Origin: an uncultured Chloroflexia bacterium
Lineage (GTDB): Bacteria > Chloroflexota > Anaerolineae > Anaerolineales > Anaerolineaceae
Assembly: GCA_963704755.1 (NCBI GenBank)
Contig: OY969938.1
Location: 3,540,001 to 3,572,000, forward strand
DNA length: 32,000 nucleotides
Reading direction: 5' to 3'
Shown here in pieces: positions 8,900 through 14,046 of the stretch. Both the position numbers and the translations under genes were made by a program. How positions within the stretch are numbered: the stretch's first letter is position 1; each line of letters begins with the position of its first letter. The notes below the pieces were generated by a model. The model was not told the origin of the DNA. It saw only the letters and a program-made list of their open reading frames with translations, and searched no databases.

Positions 8900-9532
8900 C
8901 TAGAACAGCGCGGATGGGCTCATGGGTACGCCGGCGATTTTGCTGAGCGAGATGGTCTCGAAAGCGATTTCGATGCTCTCGATGGCGACCTGGTTGGTAT
9001 TGTTGACGTCCAGGGTGGAAAGCGACCAGCTAATCGGATAAGCGCCTTCGAAATCCCAGTTCTTGACGATGCCGGGCCCTTTCATGCCGACCACGCTGAG
9101 AGCGCTCATCCCGGGACCGCCCTGGATGATGCTCATGTTCTGGCGTTTGACCTTGGCGTCGTATAACCCTTCGCCGAACCAGTTCCACAACTCGCTGGAG
9201 ACCGAGAGCCCGCGTTTGAGGGTAATGTGGCCGGCTTTTACCCGGCCGGGCAGGGTATGGACGTGGTCGTTCAAGCCCCCCTCGGGCAGCTCTTCGACCT
9301 GGCGGTTGACGCCCAGTCCTTCGCAGGAGGTGAACAGGCCCACCACCAGCCCGGAAATGCTGACGTAAAACAAATATGCCGGAGCGGGGTCGAAGCGGAT
9401 GCCGATCAGCTTTTCCATCTCGCGGACGAGGGTGGTGCCTAACATGCCTTTGGCCTGGTTGAGGGCCTGGCCTAATTCATCGCCCCCCGCCAGAGGCCCG
9501 GGTAGTTTGGTAGGCCCGTTGATCACACTCAT
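8900..9532 (-). CDS. Tube-like protein, T4 gp19 family with ~50-aa N-terminal extension (Afp5/Cis5-like)
   Basis: 210 aa. YLFYVSISGLVVGLFTSCEGLGVNRQVEELPEGGLNDHVHTLPGRVKAGHITLKRGLSVSSELWNWF matches the gp19/TIGR02241 tube pattern (F.v.i.g...g.F..v.Gl......e..eGG.n...h.lPG.....itLkrG......l..W). Confidence 0.85.
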   Translation of the reverse strand: MSVINGPTKLPGPLAGGDELGQALNQAKGMLGTTLVREMEKLIGIRFDPAPAYLFYVSISGLVVGLFTSCEGLGVNRQVEELPEGGLNDHVHTLPGRVKAGHITLKRGLSVSSELWNWFGEGLYDAKVKRQNMSIIQGGPGMSALSVVGMKGPGIVKNWDFEGAYPISWSLSTLDVNNTNQVAIESIEIAFETISLSKIAGVPMSPSALF

Positions 9533-9705
9533 GGCATTCTTCCTTCGCGTTCGTTCTCAATTGACAATTCGTTTTTCATCATCTCGATAATTTTGTCCGC
9601 CAGTTGCTCCAATTCCAGATAACCCAAAAAAGCGCATCCGGCTTGCGATGGGCTTCTTTCCCCGGCGGGTTGTTTGGGTGAAAAGGACTGGTCGATGGTT
9701 GCCAT
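9529..9705 (-). CDS. 58-aa micro-ORF (below the ORF-track cutoff), unknown function
   Basis: My translation: MATIDQSFSPKQPAGERSPSQAGCAFLGYLELEQLADKIIEMMKNELSIENEREGRMP. An AGGA lies 7 nt upstream of ATG 9705. Its TGA overlaps the next gene's ATG (ATGA at 9529-9532), which implies translational coupling. The C-terminal helix motif is shared with the end of the Pro-rich protein. Confidence 0.6.
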   Translation of the reverse strand: MATIDQSFSPKQPAGERSPSQAGCAFLGYLELEQLADKIIEMMKNELSIENEREGRMP

Positions 9706-9716
9706 AAAATTCCTGT

Positions 9717-9884
9717 TCAGGCCTGGCCGATGCGCTTGTTAATATTCGCAATTTGTCGCACCCATTCCCGGCGGTTTTGGTGCGGCAAATTGTAGATCGT
9801 ATCCAGGTCCCAATGAAAATGGTAGGCGATGTAGGCTACCTCCTCATTAATCTGCTCGAGGGGGTAGCCTTTTATTCCCCCCCC
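9717..9884 (-). CDS. -1 frame extension of the chaperone gene (E-prime-like, DUF6760-like sequence), reachable by slippage on the G8 run
   Basis: The -1 frame reads GGG GGG GGA ATA AAA GGC TAC... = GGGIKGYPLEQINEEVAYIAYHFHWDLDTIYNLPHQNRREWVRQIANINKRIGQA*. The frame is closed by TAA at 9899-9897 just upstream. It has no ATG/GTG start, and the only in-frame TTG lies ~90 nt into the frame. The sequence looks protein-like and, from memory, resembles small conserved proteins of CIS loci. Confidence 0.55.
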   Translation of the reverse strand, partial: GGGIKGYPLEQINEEVAYIAYHFHWDLDTIYNLPHQNRREWVRQIANINKRIGQA

Positions 9885-10240
9885 AGTTTTGCAAGGTTAA
9901 TCTCCATTTCTTTGTTGCAATGGGGGCAGGTAATGACCCGTATTACCGAGGCATTCTCGTTAATTTGCTGGTAAAAGGCCTGCAAGAACGCGATATCGGA
10001 AGCAAACAGGTTTTCGATCACGTTGGTGGTAATGTGTTTCAGCGTTCCCAGGCTGGTAATGACCCGGGTCAGCAGGACGATCGAAAGGTAGGCCTCGTTG
10101 GTCTGCACGCGCATATCGTTGAGCGGCGTGATTTCGTCCATGGCGGTAGCCAGGCGCATGGTGCCTTGCTTGTGGAGCGTGCCTTCTTTGTCCACGTAGC
10201 CGATGGGCAGTTCAAAATCGAATTCGGTTTGAATGGTCAT
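9872..10240 (-). CDS. Tail assembly chaperone-like protein (P2 gpE-like), short form
   Basis: 122 aa. FELPIGYVDKEGTLHKQGTMRLATAMDEI resembles the gpE-type chaperone opening (short beta hairpin plus l.lR.pta.D). There is a CPHC pair near the end. The ORF ends ...AAA CTG GGG GGG GAA TAA, inside a G8 run. It sits after the tube genes, as in P2-type tails. Confidence 0.7.
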   Translation of the reverse strand: MTIQTEFDFELPIGYVDKEGTLHKQGTMRLATAMDEITPLNDMRVQTNEAYLSIVLLTRVITSLGTLKHITTNVIENLFASDIAFLQAFYQQINENASVIRVITCPHCNKEMEINLAKLGGE

Positions 10241-10251
10241 AAAAATAATAC

Positions 10252-10731
10252 CTAATGTTCGAGATCTTCACGATCGATCGATTCGCATACGAGCGTGATC
10301 GAAAACTGGGCCCGGTTGGTAACCGATTGATCGAAATTAAACCCGGATAATTTCGATGGCCAGACGTTAATCAAGTGCCACTGGACGACGGGTTTGTATT
10401 CGTTTTTTACATAGGCGTTCAGGCTGATGGTTGCATTCTTGCGCGCGCCAAAGATATCGCCTTTTACGACCTGGTTGAACCAGTTGTACAGATCGGCAGT
10501 CTTTCCGTAGCCGCTTTCCAAGGTGATCGGCTGGTTCTTGAGCGGGCCGGGGATAAGCAACGTAGAAAATCCGCCATTCTCGTACACCACCTGGTGGTGA
10601 ATGACGTCGATTTCTACTTCTCCCCCGGAGATCTTGTCAAAGACTCCTAACTGCACGCCTTCAATTTCCAGCGTGTAATGGATATTCAGGGGTGAAATTA
10701 TGTGATCGGAAGGCTGCTTGGTATCTGCCAT
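10252..10731 (-). CDS. Tube protein paralogue 2, T4 gp19 family
   Basis: 159 aa. HYTLEIEGVQLGVFDKISGGEVEIDVIHHQVV..GGFSTLLIPGPLKNQPITLESGYGKTADLYNWF and VQWHLINVWPSKLSGFNFD match the gp19/Afp1-type pattern. Confidence 0.88.
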   Translation of the reverse strand: MADTKQPSDHIISPLNIHYTLEIEGVQLGVFDKISGGEVEIDVIHHQVVYENGGFSTLLIPGPLKNQPITLESGYGKTADLYNWFNQVVKGDIFGARKNATISLNAYVKNEYKPVVQWHLINVWPSKLSGFNFDQSVTNRAQFSITLVCESIDREDLEH

Positions 10732-10749
10732 AATTTAGTAGGAAAAGGC

Positions 10750-10776
10750 ATGGGCGGACTTCCCTTGTCCGCCCAT
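10750..10776 (-). terminator. GC-rich 10-bp hairpin plus short U-tract between tube 1 and tube 2 (candidate attenuator or 3'-end stabiliser)
   Basis: atgggcggac (10750-10759) pairs perfectly with gtccgcccat (10767-10776), with a 7-nt loop. On the minus-strand RNA it is followed by GCCUUUUCCU, then by the tube-2 AUG 18 nt downstream of the stem. Confidence 0.5.
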
Positions 10777-10790
10777 ACCCCATCGGATTG

Positions 10791-11234
10791 TTAAGAAACC
10801 CGTTCCAATCCTTCGTGAACGATGGTTACATCTTCGATCATGATATTGGAGCCGGAGGAATCCATCTCAGGCCCGGAGACTTTGCTGGGCCAGGCGTTGG
10901 TGAAGTTCCAGCGGGCCGTCTCGGTGTTGTCCTGCGAGAGGGCCACGATGGAGCAGTTGGTGCGGGCGTCGTCGATCTTGCCTTCCACGACCATTTTGCG
11001 CCAATCCCAGATATCCAGGTTGGTGGTCACCCCGCGTTTGAGGGTGATCTCGGTCCAGGTGTGCCGGCCAGGGATCTTATTGATCTGGGTCTCGCCGTTT
11101 TCACCGGTCACTTTTTGTTCGATGACCTCGGTCTCGGAACCAATACCGGTTACATTGGTGAAATAACCGCTTAATTTCCCTTCGATTTCCAGGGCAAATT
11201 TAAATGCAACAAGTGGATCTTCTCTGTCTGCCAT
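10791..11234 (-). CDS. Major tube protein, T4 gp19 family (Afp1/Cis1-like)
   Basis: 147 aa. DPLVAFKFALEIEGKLSGYFTNVTGIGSETEVIEQKV...IPGRHTWTEITLKRGVTTNLDIWDWR...RWNFTNAWPSKVSGPEMD is a textbook gp19/TIGR02241 tube signature. It starts 15 nt after the sheath stop, with a GAGG RBS. Confidence 0.92.
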   Translation of the reverse strand: MADREDPLVAFKFALEIEGKLSGYFTNVTGIGSETEVIEQKVTGENGETQINKIPGRHTWTEITLKRGVTTNLDIWDWRKMVVEGKIDDARTNCSIVALSQDNTETARWNFTNAWPSKVSGPEMDSSGSNIMIEDVTIVHEGLERVS

Positions 11235-11249
11235 GCTTCTTTACCTCAC

Positions 11250-12890
11250 TTATTCGGAATCGGGTCCAGCCCACTGGCTGATGCGGAAAATGACGAATTC
11301 GGCGGGTTTGACTGGCGACATACCGATTTCGATAATCAGGCGGCCAAGATCGCGCGATTCGGGTGGGTTCAGCTCATCGTCGCAGCGGACGTAGAAAGCC
11401 TCGTCGGGAGTGCTGCCGAACAAGGCGCCGTCGCGCCAGACTGTGCGCAGGAAAGCGCCCACGTCGCGGCGGACGCGCGCCCACAGTTTGCGGTTGTTCG
11501 GTTCGAAGACGACCCATTGGGTGCCGTTTTCGATCGATTTTTCGACGTAGTTGAACAGCCGGCGTACGTTGATGTAGCGCCAGGACGGGTTGCTGGAGAG
11601 GGTGCGCGCGCCCCAGATGCGGATACCGCGGCCGGGGAAGGAGCGGATGCAGTTCACGCCGATCGGGTTGAGGGTATCCTGCTCGCCTTTGGTGATCTGG
11701 AAGCCCACGCCGATGGCGCCCTGGACGACTTCGTTGGCCGGGGCCTTGTGCACGCCGCGGGTGTTGTCGTTGCGGGCCCACACGCCGGCCACGTGGCCGG
11801 AGGGCGGGATGGCAACCACCTGGCTGGTGGCCGAGTCCATCACCTCGATCCAGGGGTAGTACATGGCCGCGTAGCTGGAATCAAAGCCGGTGACGTCCAT
11901 GCGCCATTGTTTGATCTCCTGGGGGGTCAGGTCGGGCGGGCAGTCGAGGATGGCGACCCGGTCGCCGAGCGATTCGCAGTGGGCGATCAGGGCGGTCTGG
12001 ATGGCCTTGACCAGGGTCAGGTCGAGTTTTTCGCCGGGCATGGTGGTCATCAGGTCGGGGACGCAGACCATGGTGACGTCATCCAGCGCTTCCAACCCGC
12101 CGATACCGGTCCGTTTGGCCACTTCACCTTCGAATTCGCCGCTGGTGGTGGTGGGCAGGAGTTTTTTGTCGATGTTCAAAGATTGTTCCTGCTCTTTGGG
12201 CATCACTTTTTCGAGGGAGGCTTCCGCGTCCAGGACATCCAGGACGACGTATTTGGGCATCGCATTGTTCTTGAAAGCCACCTGGGTGAGGACCTGGTTT
12301 TCGACTTTGGTCGGGCGCAGTTTGACTTCGCGGAACGATTCCAGTTCCATCCAGCCGCCGTCGCTCTTCAGGCGCTCTACCACCAGGGTGAAGGACTGGT
12401 CGGCCGGGTCGATGGCTTTCTTTTCGGCATCGGCCGGGGCTTTGTCGTCCTTCTTGGGGGCGGGCAGTTGGGGAATATCCTGGACGCGCACGCGCATCTT
12501 GAGCGCATCCACCCCCGCCAGTCGGGCGCGGACGGCGATGGCGGGTTTACCCTGGCTGTTGAGCAGGGTAGCTTCAGCCTTGGGGAAATTGCGTACACTG
12601 ACGACGTAGCAGCGCGAGCCGCCGTTCATGAAATAGCCATAGACCGATTGGGGCAGGTAAGCGCCAGGGACAAAGCTCCCGTACCGTTCGGTGAACTGAG
12701 TCCAGTTGGTGATGAGCTGGGGTTTATTCAGCAGGTCTTCGACGACCACTTCGCCGTTGATTTTGCGGGCCATTTCGGCTTTTTCGGTGAAGCCGACAAA
12801 AGCTGCCATGGCCGTCCCAACGCCTTCGATCGGTTTTGGGCCACGGTCAACTTCTTCTACATAAACTCCAGGGGATAGATATTCTGGCAT
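11250..12890 (-). CDS. Contractile tail sheath protein (Afp2/Cis2-like)
   Basis: 546 aa. MPEYLSPGVYVEEVDRGPKPIEGVGTAMAAFVGFTEKA is the canonical sheath N-terminus. The C-terminal NCIRSFPGRGIRIWGARTLS...WRYINVRRLFNYVEKSI is the Phage_sheath_1C motif. A strong GGAGG RBS lies 5 nt before the ATG. Confidence 0.95.
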   Translation of the reverse strand: MPEYLSPGVYVEEVDRGPKPIEGVGTAMAAFVGFTEKAEMARKINGEVVVEDLLNKPQLITNWTQFTERYGSFVPGAYLPQSVYGYFMNGGSRCYVVSVRNFPKAEATLLNSQGKPAIAVRARLAGVDALKMRVRVQDIPQLPAPKKDDKAPADAEKKAIDPADQSFTLVVERLKSDGGWMELESFREVKLRPTKVENQVLTQVAFKNNAMPKYVVLDVLDAEASLEKVMPKEQEQSLNIDKKLLPTTTSGEFEGEVAKRTGIGGLEALDDVTMVCVPDLMTTMPGEKLDLTLVKAIQTALIAHCESLGDRVAILDCPPDLTPQEIKQWRMDVTGFDSSYAAMYYPWIEVMDSATSQVVAIPPSGHVAGVWARNDNTRGVHKAPANEVVQGAIGVGFQITKGEQDTLNPIGVNCIRSFPGRGIRIWGARTLSSNPSWRYINVRRLFNYVEKSIENGTQWVVFEPNNRKLWARVRRDVGAFLRTVWRDGALFGSTPDEAFYVRCDDELNPPESRDLGRLIIEIGMSPVKPAEFVIFRISQWAGPDSE

Positions 12891-13204
12891 TGTTCCTCCA
12901 TGCGTGAATGATGATGTTTATTCCGTAACGAAACAGCTTTCGCGAGTGGGCTGTTTTCTCCTGTAGGCTGAGGTACTTTTTGGTCAATTTCAGGCCATGA
13001 GTTTGCCTGGTCGAATAATCTCAATCCAAATGGAAAGGGCCCGGCCAAAGGCCAAAGGCGTTACTCCAAATGAATGGTCAGGCCTGTTCTGTTTTTGATT
13101 GATGGGGATAATTGGTGATAAATGTATGTTTCTCCTTTTCTGCTTACGAACCATATCGCTGCTCGATCCGTGCTGAGGTCCATGTTGCCCGACCGGAGCA
13201 GCCG

Positions 13205-14029
13205 CTAAACTTCAATCGATAATTGTTCACCCATAGGGACGGTAAATTTTGTCCTTCTCAGGATCCGATCATCTATCAAAACAGAAATATGATAGGTGCC
13301 CGCCATTACCTTGGGAATAGAAAATTGACCATCCTTGATCTCGATTTTGGTATTCCTTTCTTCCCAGGTCAGCGTCAATGCATTGGGGTCGTATTTTGTA
13401 GATTTGATTTCGCCTTTGACCATCCAATACCGTCCGGCGATGGCTTCGTCGTTGCCGGAGCGATCCGTCTGGCGAATGCTCACCTCGGCCGATTGGACCA
13501 TGGGTGAAATTACCGGGCGATAAGGATCGATCAGCAGGGTCACTTTTACGGTGAAACCCGGACGGTATTTGTTATTGAGCGTGGTCCAGAATTCGCCCCA
13601 GTTCCTGTTTTCGTCCGCTTGAGCGGTGGTCAGCGGTATGGGCAGGGGCTGGCTGATCATGCCCTCGGCAAAGACGTCTTCCGGCAGGAAAGGCGTTCGC
13701 AATAAGGCCATAAGCGCCAGGCCGAGCAGGTGATGCTGGTCCTGCTCTTTCTTGCTCCAGGCGGTCACCAGGTAGGTCAGGTCGATACGGGCCGGGTTAC
13801 GGCGGATCTCGGCCCGGCCGTCGGGCAGGGCATGTTTGCTGAACTGTTCGGAGCCGCGTAACTGGCGGTTTTCCTGAATATCATAGAGAAACAAGTTCAG
13901 GGTAGGTTTGACTACTCTGGCCGACCATTCCCCGGTGGGCTGATCGAATAAGATATCGATTTCGCTTCTCGTGATGGGTATCTCTTTGATCAGCAGGTTT
14001 TTCAGGGTCTCGTCGAGTGAGTCAAACAT
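13205..14029 (-). CDS. DUF4255 / Pvc16_N tail terminator-cap protein (Afp16/Cis16-like) with extra C-terminal beta domain
   Basis: 274 aa. LDETLKNLLIKEIP....IDILFDQPTGEW......PTLNLFLYDIQENRQLR....RIDLTYLVTAWSKKEQDQHHLLGLALMALLRTPFLPEDVF is the DUF4255 pattern. The C-terminal ~80 aa (GEIKS...DGQFSIPKVMAGTYHISVLIDD) looks like a carboxypeptidase-regulatory-type beta sandwich. Confidence 0.9.
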   Translation of the reverse strand: MFDSLDETLKNLLIKEIPITRSEIDILFDQPTGEWSARVVKPTLNLFLYDIQENRQLRGSEQFSKHALPDGRAEIRRNPARIDLTYLVTAWSKKEQDQHHLLGLALMALLRTPFLPEDVFAEGMISQPLPIPLTTAQADENRNWGEFWTTLNNKYRPGFTVKVTLLIDPYRPVISPMVQSAEVSIRQTDRSGNDEAIAGRYWMVKGEIKSTKYDPNALTLTWEERNTKIEIKDGQFSIPKVMAGTYHISVLIDDRILRRTKFTVPMGEQLSIEV

Positions 14030-14046
14030 AAATAGGTTCTCTGAGC

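Noticed and set aside
9557-9751. 64-aa minus-strand ORF from the track (MRILTSASARPEQEF...)
   Set aside because: It overlaps both the -1 extension frame and the 58-aa micro-ORF in a third frame. It has no RBS, no coupling to its neighbours, and an implausible sequence. The other two frames explain the region better.
11517-12878. 453-aa plus-strand ORF, and other ORFs in both strands, overlapping the sheath gene
   Set aside because: They lie opposite or out of frame with a textbook sheath ORF, have low-complexity composition, and have no RBS.
12857-13048. 63-aa minus-strand ORF overlapping the sheath start and its leader
   Set aside because: It overlaps the sheath RBS and start in another frame and has no RBS of its own. 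It most likely reflects an untranslated leader.
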